Below, one piece after another: positions 28,166 through 37,458 of a DNA stretch of 54,128 bases. Under the pieces are notes generated by a model. The model was given only the letters and a program-made list of their open reading frames with translations, had not been told where the DNA came from and made no database searches. Source of the DNA: a virus (taxonomy: Duplodnaviria; Caudoviricetes); the IMG/VR virus record IMGVR_UViG_3300048575_000457, positions 1 to 54,128 of that record. The stretch is one strand, 5' to 3'. The number at the start of each line of letters is the position of its first letter. The first letter of the stretch is position 1. Position numbers and translations under genes: made by a program.

Positions 28166-30190
28166 ATGGGCTCCGGCGTTTTCCATCCGGCGGCGGCCAC
28201 GGACACGGGCCATTGCGACGTCACTGCTGCCGTGTTTTACCCGACCGGATACAACGACACGAGCAACACGGTTTGCAAGCAGCAGGCCAGCACGAACAAC
28301 GCGTTTTGCCGTTTCGCCGGTCTGACGATTCCGCCCGGAGCGACCATTGTTTCGGCGTTTATCCGGTTTACGGCGTACGATTCCCGGGCCGTGTCCGGCG
28401 CAATGTCCAGGCTGTCGTTCCAGACCGCCGTCAGTCCGGCCGCGCCGACCGGCTGCGCGGCCATGACCAGCGCCGCCAAGACGGCCGCGACGGTCTGGGT
28501 CATGCCCGCCTTCGTGGCCGGCCAGACCTATGATTCGCCCGACCTGTCGGCAGCGCTGCAATCCATCGTGGATCTGGCCGGCTGGACATCCGGCGCATCG
28601 GTCCTGGCGTATGTGTTTGATTACTCCAGCGGCTACGACAGCTATCGGTCCTGGTGCGCCTATGCCTACAGCAGCGGTGCTGCCGCGCCCCAGCTTCATG
28701 TAGAGTGGACTGCGCCGGATTCGCCGCCGGTGGTATTCGAAACCGACGGCGTCGCAGTGTCCTCGCCGGCAGTGGGGCCGCTCCCGGCACAGATCCCGGT
28801 CGGGCGAGTCGCCTTATCTGATCCCGGATTGTCCCTCGGCGTTTTTGGCCGCATCCTCACCGCCATCCGCCGCATCCCCGTCGGCCTGGAGCTGACGGCC
28901 GTGCGCCGGCTGCTCATCGGCCGGGAGGTGGTCGCTATTCGCCGCATCCCAGCCGAGATCGGCCGGGTGGTGACCGCCGTGCGCCGCATCCCGGTGGAGA
29001 CCGGACGCGAGCTGACGGCCGTGCGCCGTATCCTGGACCATGACCCCGTGGGCGTGACGCTGACCGCCATGCGCCGCATCCCGTCGTCCGGCTCGGCGCT
29101 GCGGCGCTCGGTCCCCTGGTCGGCCGTGTGGGACGACGACGGGTCCGTCCTCGACATCATGGGCGCGACCATTTCCGGCGACCGCGATTCCCTGGCCTGG
29201 TCCTGCGACCTGTCCCTGGCCGACGCCGCAGCCTACGCCGCCTGCGTCCCCGGCCGGCGGCTGACGCTGACTCTGGCCGGCCGGGGCTGGGCGCTGCTCA
29301 TGGAGGGCCGCACCCGGGAGGCGGCCTGCGGCACGCGGGAGTACGCGGCCACGACCCGCACCGTGTCGTGCCTGCTCGACGCGCCCTATGCCGCGCTGTT
29401 GACCCAATCCTGGCCGACGGTCACGGCCAAGGCCGCCGCCGTCGCCCTGGCCGCCCTGGCCGGGCTGCCGCTGGATTGGCAGGTGGTGGATTGGACCCTG
29501 CCCGCCGGCCGGCTGACGGCCGAGGCCGAAACCCCGGCCGCGCTCATCGCCCGGCTGGCCGCCTCGTGCGGCGCGGTGGCCATCCCGGACCCGGCCGGCG
29601 GCGTCATCGTGCGCTACGCCTACCCGGTGGGCGTAGCCGAAATGGCCACCGCCACGCCCGTTGCCGTGCTCTCCGACGACGAGGACGTGGAGACGCTGGG
29701 CGAAACCTACGTGCCCGGGGCCGGCTACAACGCCGTCACCGTGGTGGACAACCGCCAGACCACCGAAGCGTTCCTGGCCTGGGAGCTGGACAGCGACCGC
29801 AACGCCGGCCGCTCGACGTTCCCGCCCGGGGAGCCCTGTTATCTGCGCGTCTATCATGAGCAGGACTACAGCCTCAAAACCTCGTTGGGCCTGCTGGAGC
29901 TGGTCACGGCCGACGTCGAGGAGGCCGTGGACAAGGTCATCGGCTTTGCCGACGCGGACAGCGCGGACCTTGGCGGGCTGGTCATCGCGGTCACCTCCTG
30001 CGTCTGGTACGGCCCGGACCTTGGGACGCTTATTCCGTCGGGCGGCGGCGCGGTGACGGCCTCGGCCGGGGCCGGTTTTAGCGTGGCCGCCGTGAGCTAC
30101 CGCACCCGCTACGACCTTTGGCGGCTGACCGCGCCGGCCGTGGCCGACGCCTATACCATCCAGCTCGGGCTGGAGGAGGTGGAGCCGTGA
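28166..30190 (+). CDS. Tail tip/hub-like protein with N-terminal accessory domain
   Basis: RFAGLTIPPGATIVSAFIRFT...APQLHVEW domain, repeat linker, then hub-like region (DWQVVDW, YNAVTV). Confidence 0.6.
   Translation: MGSGVFHPAAATDTGHCDVTAAVFYPTGYNDTSNTVCKQQASTNNAFCRFAGLTIPPGATIVSAFIRFTAYDSRAVSGAMSRLSFQTAVSPAAPTGCAAMTSAAKTAATVWVMPAFVAGQTYDSPDLSAALQSIVDLAGWTSGASVLAYVFDYSSGYDSYRSWCAYAYSSGAAAPQLHVEWTAPDSPPVVFETDGVAVSSPAVGPLPAQIPVGRVALSDPGLSLGVFGRILTAIRRIPVGLELTAVRRLLIGREVVAIRRIPAEIGRVVTAVRRIPVETGRELTAVRRILDHDPVGVTLTAMRRIPSSGSALRRSVPWSAVWDDDGSVLDIMGATISGDRDSLAWSCDLSLADAAAYAACVPGRRLTLTLAGRGWALLMEGRTREAACGTREYAATTRTVSCLLDAPYAALLTQSWPTVTAKAAAVALAALAGLPLDWQVVDWTLPAGRLTAEAETPAALIARLAASCGAVAIPDPAGGVIVRYAYPVGVAEMATATPVAVLSDDEDVETLGETYVPGAGYNAVTVVDNRQTTEAFLAWELDSDRNAGRSTFPPGEPCYLRVYHEQDYSLKTSLGLLELVTADVEEAVDKVIGFADADSADLGGLVIAVTSCVWYGPDLGTLIPSGGGAVTASAGAGFSVAAVSYRTRYDLWRLTAPAVADAYTIQLGLEEVEP
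28856..29080 (+). repeat. Six intragenic repeats encoding (L/V)TA(V/I/M)RRI
   Basis: LTAIRRI, LTAVRRL, VVAIRRI, VTAVRRI, LTAVRRI, LTAMRRI. Confidence 0.8.
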
Positions 30191-30519
30191 GACTGACCGT
30201 CACGCGCGGGACCGGCGACCGGCCGGCCCCGGAGGAACTTGTGGCCGAGCTGGCCTGCTCCGAGGCCCCGGCCACCCAGGCCGGGCGCAATTATCTCGAC
30301 GCCATGGGCCAGGACCACGACGACGTCGAGCTGGAGTGCCGGCCCGGCGACGGGCTGGCTTCGCTGCTGCCCGGGGATCTGGTGGCCGTGGCCGAGACCG
30401 AGGCCGGCCGGACCTGGCCCGGGGTGGTGGACGCCTTTTCCCTGGCCCTGGCCGTGGACGAGGCCGGGGCCGTGTCGCTCGTCCACACCTACACCGTGGA
30501 GCGGCCCCATGGCGCGTAA
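30187..30519 (+). CDS. Tail protein (hub C-terminal-like)
   Basis: GTGA-coupled; GRNYLD...LLPGDLV. Confidence 0.6.
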   Translation: MRLTVTRGTGDRPAPEELVAELACSEAPATQAGRNYLDAMGQDHDDVELECRPGDGLASLLPGDLVAVAETEAGRTWPGVVDAFSLALAVDEAGAVSLVHTYTVERPHGA

Positions 30520-30877
30520 TCCGCTGGTGGAGCTGCGGCGGCTGGTGGCTCCGACGGCCCGGCAGCGCTCGGCAACCGTGGCGGCCGTGCTCGGCGGCGG
30601 GCTGGTGGAGCTGGCCGTGGCTGCCGACACGTCCACGCCGGCCATCGTCATCGTGCCCGACGCGCCCTTTGCCTGGGCCGACGCGGCCGAGGACTGGGGC
30701 GACGCGCCCGGGGGGTGGCTGGGCGAGGCCGGCACGGTGGTGGCCGGGACGCTGGCCGCCCGGCCGGTGGCCGCCTGCGGCGTGGCGGTGGCCGTCGGCG
30801 ACCGTGTGCTGGTGGAGGGCGGCCGGGTGGTGCGCAAACTGGCCCGGGAGACGACCCGGACCGTAAGGATTTTGTGA
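30509..30877 (+). CDS. Small OB-fold-like tail protein
   Basis: NPLVELRRL...VAVGDRVLVEGGRVV. Confidence 0.6.
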   Translation: MARNPLVELRRLVAPTARQRSATVAAVLGGGLVELAVAADTSTPAIVIVPDAPFAWADAAEDWGDAPGGWLGEAGTVVAGTLAARPVAACGVAVAVGDRVLVEGGRVVRKLARETTRTVRIL

Positions 30878-30884
30878 GGGGATC

Positions 30885-32711
30885 ATGAGCATTGCCATGG
30901 AGTATCGCGGCCCGGCCCTGGCCGCCGCCGTCGGCGACTGGCGGGCCACGTTTTTCGCGGGCCAGGCCTTTATCGCCAACCCCGGCGGCACGGATTGGGC
31001 CGTGAGCGTGGTGGACGGCGTGGCCTATGACGGGACCGAGACGCTGGTGACCCTGCGCTCGGCCGTGCTGACCGAGGCTTTCACGGCGGCCCAGGTCGGC
31101 CGCAACCCGGCCGGCGACGTCCAGGCCCATGCCGCCCGGCACCGGGCCGGCGGCCTGGACCCGCTGGCCCACGCCGATCTGGCCGGCGTGGCGGCCGGGA
31201 CCATGACCCACGCACAGATTGACGCCTATCTGGCCGGTTTAAGTGAGGTGGTGTCCGACGTGGACGCCGATCTGGCCGCCGAGGTCACGGCCCGCCAGAT
31301 TTGGCAGTCCGCCGTGGAGCAGACGCTGCTTGAGCAGGAGGCGGACCTTTCCGAGACCCGGAGCGCCCTGGAGACGGCCGTCAGCCTGCGCGCCCTTGCC
31401 GCCCGCGTCATCAGCACGTCGTTCCCCATCCAGGGCGGCGGCAGCCTGGAGGCCGACCGCACCCTGACCCTGGCCCTGGCCGTGGTGTCCGATCTGCTCG
31501 GCTACGGCGTGACGCTGTCCGGCAAGGTGGTCACCGACGAGATCCTCAAAGCGGTGACAAAACTGCTGATTTCTTCCAACACCACGATTTACGTGGCCAC
31601 CACCGGCAGCGACACGACGGGCACGGGGCTGGCCGGCGCGCCGTTCGCCTCGATCCACAAGGCTCTGGCGAGCATCGCCGGGATGCTCATCGCCACGGGC
31701 GTCATCGTGACCATCCAGGTGGCGGATGGCGTCTATACAGTCACCAGCGCCATCACCATCGACCACCCGGACGGCGATAAAATCCAGATCCTCGGCAACA
31801 CATCGGCCGAGACGACGGTGGCGATTGCAAGCATCGACACGACGGCCAAGACCATCACCGTGGCGGGGAACTATACGGCCAGCGTCGCCGTCGGGGATAT
31901 GATTGGCTGGACGGGGGATGTTAGAACCATAACCATATCGAGCATTTCCGGAAACGTCTTCACGGTGAGCACCGATCCTACCGGAAAATTAGCGATTGGC
32001 GACACGATTTATATTCTCAACGGTTCCACTTCGGCGAATATCAAATCATACGTCGTGACCGGATTCACGTCCACGACCGTCACTGTCAGCGCCACGATTC
32101 CGTCGACAACTGTGGGCGGAGCAAGTCTCACTGTGACGAATCAGGGCGCATATCTTGTCTCTGCCGTGGCTTACACTGGCGGAAGTACTGTCATCACCTG
32201 TTCGGATGAGACCATTGCGTCAGCCACGGTCGGTGGCGGCAGTGTTAAAATAATGCCGTGTAATAGATGTAGACTGCAAATCGCCGGCTCTATATCGTGT
32301 TTTTATGCCACGGCAAAACTTAAATTGCTCAATGGCTTCAGAATTGATTACGTTTCTGGGTCCTCGACTGTTGGGGTCAACGCTACGACGTGCGATATAG
32401 CAGTCGGCGGCCAGATGATTTTCAAAGGATTGTCCGTTGGGATGCAGGCCTATCGTGGAGCAAGCATTTTTGCGGCGACTGGATTTGTCTGCTACTCATG
32501 CACTACGGGCGTCAATATTCTGTATAGATCAACGTTTGCGGCAAATGGTGCTGGTCTCACTATTTTCAACGGTTGCACAACTGGGTGCATTGCAAACCAA
32601 GGCTCTTATGGATATTTGTACTCAACAATAGTTGGGTATCGGGGGAACACAGTCAACACGTCTCCGGCGCTCAACACCTCCGGCAATTACGACTCCTTCA
32701 TAGGCGGCTAG
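30885..32711 (+). CDS. Tail fibre / receptor-binding protein
   Basis: HAARH..GG.DPL, IYVATTGSDTTGTG...PFASIHKAL, IQVADGVY; Thr/Ser/Gly-rich lower-GC C-terminus. Confidence 0.82.
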   Translation: MSIAMEYRGPALAAAVGDWRATFFAGQAFIANPGGTDWAVSVVDGVAYDGTETLVTLRSAVLTEAFTAAQVGRNPAGDVQAHAARHRAGGLDPLAHADLAGVAAGTMTHAQIDAYLAGLSEVVSDVDADLAAEVTARQIWQSAVEQTLLEQEADLSETRSALETAVSLRALAARVISTSFPIQGGGSLEADRTLTLALAVVSDLLGYGVTLSGKVVTDEILKAVTKLLISSNTTIYVATTGSDTTGTGLAGAPFASIHKALASIAGMLIATGVIVTIQVADGVYTVTSAITIDHPDGDKIQILGNTSAETTVAIASIDTTAKTITVAGNYTASVAVGDMIGWTGDVRTITISSISGNVFTVSTDPTGKLAIGDTIYILNGSTSANIKSYVVTGFTSTTVTVSATIPSTTVGGASLTVTNQGAYLVSAVAYTGGSTVITCSDETIASATVGGGSVKIMPCNRCRLQIAGSISCFYATAKLKLLNGFRIDYVSGSSTVGVNATTCDIAVGGQMIFKGLSVGMQAYRGASIFAATGFVCYSCTTGVNILYRSTFAANGAGLTIFNGCTTGCIANQGSYGYLYSTIVGYRGNTVNTSPALNTSGNYDSFIGG

Positions 32712-32712
32712 T

Positions 32713-33252
32713 ATGCAGCTGGTAATCAGATCAATGACCGTGGCGGCTGTCCATCCTGATGACCAAAACATTTCTGGCGTGATCCAGTACAAGGATTGCC
32801 TCGTCCTCAATGTCCCCGACGGCACGCCCGTGGAACTCGGGCAGGTCTGGGCCATGGATTTGCCGGCGTTCAAGGACGCGATTTGCGGCCGCATCGAGGC
32901 CGCGCGCCTGGCCCTGGAGCAAGCCGGCGTCTGGATCAACTGGCCGGACGGGTCGCGCTCCAAGATCCAAACCCGCGACGAACGCGACTGGCGCAACATC
33001 AACGGCGTGGCCTCGCGCGGCCTGGCCCGGCTGACCCAGGCGCTGACGGACGCGGACTGGTTCCGGGACGCCGACAACGTCGATCACGAGCTGACCCCGA
33101 CCCAGGCGCTGGATCTGGGCTATCAGGCCTCGGCCGCCATCTCGGACATTGCCCGTGTGGCGCAAGCGGCCAAGGACGCCATCCGCGCCGACAGTGTCGC
33201 CACCGAGGCGGCCGTCCTGGCCATCGAAGCCGCCATCGCCTGGCCGGAGTAG
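32713..33252 (+). CDS. Tail fibre assembly-type protein (DUF4376-like)
   Basis: Follows fibre; WFRDADN...LT...AIAWP. Confidence 0.7.
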   Translation: MQLVIRSMTVAAVHPDDQNISGVIQYKDCLVLNVPDGTPVELGQVWAMDLPAFKDAICGRIEAARLALEQAGVWINWPDGSRSKIQTRDERDWRNINGVASRGLARLTQALTDADWFRDADNVDHELTPTQALDLGYQASAAISDIARVAQAAKDAIRADSVATEAAVLAIEAAIAWPE

Positions 33253-33283
33253 GGCGGCGGCCTCTCGCGCGCCTGCCCTTGAA

Positions 33284-33317
33284 AAAGCCCCGGCCGCCAT
33301 CCTGGCCCCGGGGCTTT
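33284..33317. terminator. Hairpin/terminator at end of late operon
   Basis: AAAGCCCCGG...CCGGGGCTTT. Confidence 0.55.
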
Positions 33318-33349
33318 CCCTTTCCTCGCCGGCCGGCTATCCCCGGCCC

Positions 33350-33628
33350 ATGCAATCCTCGCTGTTCGATCCCCTCGCCTGGCTGGCCGCCCGCGACACC
33401 CTGGCCGTGCGCGACCCTGACGGGGTCGTGCGCCTGCGTTTCCGCCGCGACGTCCGCCCGGCCGTGCGGCAAGAGGCCGTGGCCGTGCTCGAAAAATGGG
33501 GGTGGCTGCTGGCAAAGCAGCTCGACGTGCCGGCCGGGGCGCGGCCGAGGACGGTGCGGCAGCTCGTGGCGGCGGGCAAGGTGGCGGTGGGGGAGGTGCG
33601 AAAAAATGCACGTGGGCTCAAAAAATAA
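33350..33628 (+). CDS. Hypothetical protein
   Basis: GC3-rich ORF MQSSLFDPLAWL... Confidence 0.55.
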   Translation: MQSSLFDPLAWLAARDTLAVRDPDGVVRLRFRRDVRPAVRQEAVAVLEKWGWLLAKQLDVPAGARPRTVRQLVAAGKVAVGEVRKNARGLKK

Positions 33629-33630
33629 TG

Positions 33631-33664
33631 TTGACTAAAAAACCGAACTTGGGTTATTTATATT
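33631..33664 (+). promoter_or_regulatory. Sigma70-like promoter with palindromic operator
   Basis: TTGACT 33631-33636, AT-rich -10 region, AACC-N7-GGTT at 33641-33655. Confidence 0.6.
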
Positions 33665-33712
33665 TCAACGACAGCGGGAAACGGCCCGCGAAAAGCAACC
33701 GCGAGGGACGCC

Positions 33713-34006
33713 ATGAACACCATCGAGAACCTGATCGCCTCCGTGATGCACTCTGAATCCCTGGACACCCTGTCTGCCAACCTGAACGCGCTGCAAATCG
33801 CCCTGGACGCCGAGAACGAGGGGCAAAGCATTCGCACTCGCATCGACGAGATTTGCGACATCACCAGCCTGCCGCTGTTCACGGCCGATACCGACATCCC
33901 CGAAAACGACGGGGACGGCGGCGCTTACTCCTGGGACGCCCGGCGATTTTTGACCCGTGACGAAAACAACGAATGGGTTATCCGCTCCCGCGAAATTGAG
34001 GCGTAG
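33713..34006 (+). CDS. Small acidic moron protein
   Basis: RBS GAGGGA; 97 aa, about 20 D/E, 7 R, no K. Confidence 0.8.
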   Translation: MNTIENLIASVMHSESLDTLSANLNALQIALDAENEGQSIRTRIDEICDITSLPLFTADTDIPENDGDGGAYSWDARRFLTRDENNEWVIRSREIEA

Positions 34007-34007
34007 C

Positions 34008-35408
34008 ATGTTCACGACGCTATACGATCTGACGTCCCCCCGGGTCGGGCGGCCTGATTTCACCATGACCGCCCGGATTCTCAGACTCACGTTGGCGGCG
34101 ACCGCGCCGGACAATGGCATTGCTCGATTGTTCGGTCCGGTGCGTGCTCTGCAGGCGGCAAGTGCGGAGGGATGCAGGCGCAAGCCGATCAAGCGGCTGC
34201 TTATTGACTCCGTCGGCGAGAGCAACAAAGGCGGCGATTTATTCAGGAGCGATGAAGCGGCTATAGAAAAACTGTGCCCGCATTGCGCCGGCCTCGCGCT
34301 GTTCTCCCGACAGTTGTTTGGGCCGCCGATGGGTATGGGGTTCCGGTCCTCGCCGTTTGTGTGGGCGACTGCATTTTTTTTAGACGAGGCCAAAAATCTT
34401 CCCGGCGTATATACAAGAACGTTCCCATGGATGCAGAACGATCCGCTTGTCTGGGCAGCCTCGCACCCCGACGACGCCGCCGTGTGGCCGACTCCAAACA
34501 CCTATTGGCTGCATGAGGGAGGTAAGGGCTTTTGCGACCTGTGCGGATCAACTGGCGTGGTCGTGCGCGAGTTTTCCATGCGCGGCGGCAGGGAGCCCTG
34601 GCCCACGGCGTCACAGCATCCCTGTTTTTCATATTATCCTGACGGCGAAATTTCCCACGCGGCCACGGATTCGAATCTCGCGTTGTCCCAGGCGCTCCAT
34701 CACATCCCGGCAATCCTCATCAACGCCCCGGACGGCGCTGTTGTTCGGTGGTTTTCAAGCTACGGAAGGAAAGCCAGCTTGCAATGGATGGGCGACGGTT
34801 GTTTTGAATGGAACTCCAAAACAAACCCGAGCTTGCTAGATATTTACACGTCAACCAGTGCTGCCGTCGCAGCAGGGGTCCGAGAGGCGCTTTATGGGCC
34901 TCACCACACGGATAAAGGGACCTTCGGGGCGGCTGACCAGCGAAAAAAATGGGCGTTCTCAACGTATCGCATGGAGGTTGTCCAGCGTGTTGAGTCAGAA
35001 TTGTCAGGCCCTTTGTCCTTGGCGCTCCATGGTGAAATTGATCTGGTGGAGTTTTACCAAATGGCGCACGGGCGCGGCAGGAAAACCTACGAACAATACG
35101 CTGAAATGCGCCGTATCGAGACGCATGGGCCACAATACGCCCGAGGTCTCGCCTATTACCGCGCCAATATGAAAAAGCTGCGCGAATCGATCGGCCTGTG
35201 CAGTGAGCAGACATTGACGCCGGCAAAACAGCAAGCGTCCCGTACCAACGGGAAGAAGGGTGGTCGTCGCCCCTCTATTGATTGGGCGCGGTGGGATGCG
35301 AAAATCTGGGGAAACGTCGCCCAACTGTCCAACGAGATTGGTTGCACGCCAGCCTCGATTTATATCAGGCGTAAACAATTGAAACAGCAAGATGGGTCAA
35401 CGGACTAG
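34008..35408 (+). CDS. Unknown moron protein with two CxxC and C-terminal DNA-binding-like tail
   Basis: 466-aa ORF, lower GC; CPHC, CDLC; ASRTNGKKGGRRP then VAQLSNEIGCTPASIY HTH-like. Confidence 0.7.
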   Translation: MFTTLYDLTSPRVGRPDFTMTARILRLTLAATAPDNGIARLFGPVRALQAASAEGCRRKPIKRLLIDSVGESNKGGDLFRSDEAAIEKLCPHCAGLALFSRQLFGPPMGMGFRSSPFVWATAFFLDEAKNLPGVYTRTFPWMQNDPLVWAASHPDDAAVWPTPNTYWLHEGGKGFCDLCGSTGVVVREFSMRGGREPWPTASQHPCFSYYPDGEISHAATDSNLALSQALHHIPAILINAPDGAVVRWFSSYGRKASLQWMGDGCFEWNSKTNPSLLDIYTSTSAAVAAGVREALYGPHHTDKGTFGAADQRKKWAFSTYRMEVVQRVESELSGPLSLALHGEIDLVEFYQMAHGRGRKTYEQYAEMRRIETHGPQYARGLAYYRANMKKLRESIGLCSEQTLTPAKQQASRTNGKKGGRRPSIDWARWDAKIWGNVAQLSNEIGCTPASIYIRRKQLKQQDGSTD

Positions 35409-35423
35409 ATGTTTTGGCAGAGT

Positions 35424-35813
35424 TCACGCCGCCACCCACCCCTTGCGCAAATAATGCGTCCGCATGATCCGCGCCGCAAAAAACGGATAGACGATCCAAG
35501 ACAGCCCGCCGGTCACGATGGCGGCCAGCAGGGCGGCCACGGCATGGGTCCACACGCCCTTGGCCGCGAAGTAGATGCAGCCCAAAAGCAGCACCCAGGC
35601 CCAGCAACCGCCGATGTCTTCGGTATGGCCGTTGGCCGGGTTGCGAAACACGGTGGCCGTGGCGTTGGCGTTCGTGGCGCTGGCCTTGGCGGCCGGCCCC
35701 TGGTTCGGCCGCAAGCTGCTGCCGCAGACCGGGCAGGCGTCACGGCCGGCCAGATCGGCGGCGCGGAACTCGACGCGGCAGCCTGGGCAGCGGGCGGTGA
35801 TGTCGTCGGGCAT
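35424..35813 (-). CDS. Zn-ribbon membrane protein (DUF2628-like C-terminus)
   Basis: CPGC...CPVCG; W...LLG.IYFAAKGVW TM segments. Confidence 0.72.
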   Translation of the reverse strand: MPDDITARCPGCRVEFRAADLAGRDACPVCGSSLRPNQGPAAKASATNANATATVFRNPANGHTEDIGGCWAWVLLLGCIYFAAKGVWTHAVAALLAAIVTGGLSWIVYPFFAARIMRTHYLRKGWVAA

Positions 35814-35822
35814 GGGGTTTGC

Positions 35823-36353
35823 CTAGGGTGTCTTGTTGGGGTTTATGTCGCAATCCAAAAAAAGATCCAGAGTCCATGCTGTAGTATTTTTTCCTTTTAG
35901 GCGGATTTTTACGGCAGGGAGATTGGTGTCAACTACGTATACGGATAGGTCTGGTTGCATAATGTCAGTACCCGGCTTTTGGATTGATTTTACCTTGGCC
36001 TCATAATCTTGACTTAAAAAAATTGAACGTAATTCCAATACGGATTTTTCAGTTGGGGCAAAAAAACCAATTTTTGTTTTGCAAAAACCTCCGTCGAATA
36101 GCGCGTCAGTGACAGTTCTTAGGTTGTTCGATGAAGACCTTTTGGGCTGGTTGTCTTCAAATAATATCCATTTGACTGCAAAATATAGTAACAAAATAAA
36201 AACGATAATGACGACGCACCCAAGAGCTGCCGAAGGCGGTCCCGGATCGGCCAGTTGGCCGCCGCAGACAGGGCACGTCTTGCGGCCGGCCACGTCTTCG
36301 GCGCGGAACTCGACTTGGCAGTGTGGGCATTTTGGTGGCGGACCGTCAGGCAT
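35823..36353 (-). CDS. Zn-ribbon single-TM protein with low-GC extracytoplasmic domain
   Basis: CPHC...CPVCG, TM GCVVIIVFILLLYFAV. Confidence 0.72.
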   Translation of the reverse strand: MPDGPPPKCPHCQVEFRAEDVAGRKTCPVCGGQLADPGPPSAALGCVVIIVFILLLYFAVKWILFEDNQPKRSSSNNLRTVTDALFDGGFCKTKIGFFAPTEKSVLELRSIFLSQDYEAKVKSIQKPGTDIMQPDLSVYVVDTNLPAVKIRLKGKNTTAWTLDLFLDCDINPNKTP

Positions 36354-36558
36354 AAATCAACCCCATCGCCCCTGGGCTACGGGGCGTCCGTCAAAGCCTT
36401 CGTCGCACGAATATCACTGGGGCTATCTTCTCCACGTCTTTGTCCTTCAAATCAAGGAAAAATTGTTCCCTCTCCCCGTACGGGGATTTTCTCTGTCCTG
36501 GAAGGGCAGTATACCGGGTCTCCTTGATGTCGGATGTCAATGTAGTTTCTTTTTGGAA

Positions 36559-37356
36559 TCAATCGTCAAACCCTCCAGAGGGCTCATGGATTTTATTATA
36601 TCCACAAGATGCCGGAGGCTCTGCGGTAGCGTAAGTGCTTTTAGTATTATTCGACCTTCCTGTGGCAATTGCTTCAAGTCCATTGGCAATCTTCTCGCTT
36701 GAAGCGTTAATTTCTAGCATTATTCTTTTGTAGGTTAGCATTTCTCTTTGTATACTTGTTAATCTTTCATTCATTTCTTCTGGAGGAACACTTTCACAAT
36801 TTGGTTCTTTGTCTGAAAAGTCACCCCTCGGCCCCCGTACCCAGTCAAGAGGACCATCTCTGTTATATTCTTCTTCGGTGAGAAATGGCTGTCCAACCTG
36901 GGCGATTAAGAAATTGGCGTTGATTTTGTACTTGTGAACCCATTGAGAGATCGTAAGGCAAGAGGGGAGGCTATGACATAGCATGAAAGATGTTAATTCG
37001 TCGTTGCCTACCCCTCCGGCTCTGGCGATTTCTGAATGGGTTGCGGGAAGTTGGCTCACTAATTCTTTAAGTGTATCTCCAATATGAACATACTCTGGAA
37101 TTAAGTTGGCAGATTGAGAATCACCTTTCGGCGTACCTTTCCCCAGAAGAAGCCACTCTGCTGAAAATCCGAGTTCTCTCGAAAGGACTTCTAGATCTTC
37201 AGCGGCAGGTCGTTGTCCTTTTTTCCAAGCCCTAATCTTCCCAATATTGAGGCCAAGAGCGTCGGCAGCCGCTTGGTCGCTCCATTTTTTTCCTTCAAAT
37301 TCAAGCATGCGTGAAATTTCTTTCTTAATTATTTCAAATTGTTTTGACCACTCCAT
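36559..37356 (-). CDS. Prophage repressor (CI-position XRE, two HTH domains)
   Basis: DQAAADALGL...WKKGQRP...SAEWLLLGKG; second unit HSEIARAGGV...INANFLIAQVG; divergent from cro/cII. Confidence 0.78.
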   Translation of the reverse strand: MEWSKQFEIIKKEISRMLEFEGKKWSDQAAADALGLNIGKIRAWKKGQRPAAEDLEVLSRELGFSAEWLLLGKGTPKGDSQSANLIPEYVHIGDTLKELVSQLPATHSEIARAGGVGNDELTSFMLCHSLPSCLTISQWVHKYKINANFLIAQVGQPFLTEEEYNRDGPLDWVRGPRGDFSDKEPNCESVPPEEMNERLTSIQREMLTYKRIMLEINASSEKIANGLEAIATGRSNNTKSTYATAEPPASCGYNKIHEPSGGFDD

Positions 37357-37357
37357 G

Positions 37358-37415
37358 GATAAAACTCTCTTTTTTAGATAATTTTCGCGTGACAACAGGA
37401 TAAATTTCTCGCAAA
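37358..37415. promoter_or_regulatory. Divergent immunity region with candidate operators
   Basis: GATAAAACTCTC (37358), GATAATTTTCGC (37377), GATAAATTTCTCGC (37399). Confidence 0.4.
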
Positions 37416-37458
37416 CGTTGATTCACGCGAACCGTACGCCACCATAACCAAAATCAAC

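Noticed and set aside
28856-29080. CRISPR-like repeat array
   Set aside because: Repeats are degenerate, in-frame and protein-coding; no cas genes or constant spacers seen anywhere in the window
30885-35408. Diversity-generating retroelement or invertible tail-fibre cassette
   Set aside because: No reverse transcriptase, TR/VR pair, invertase or inverted second fibre end recognised
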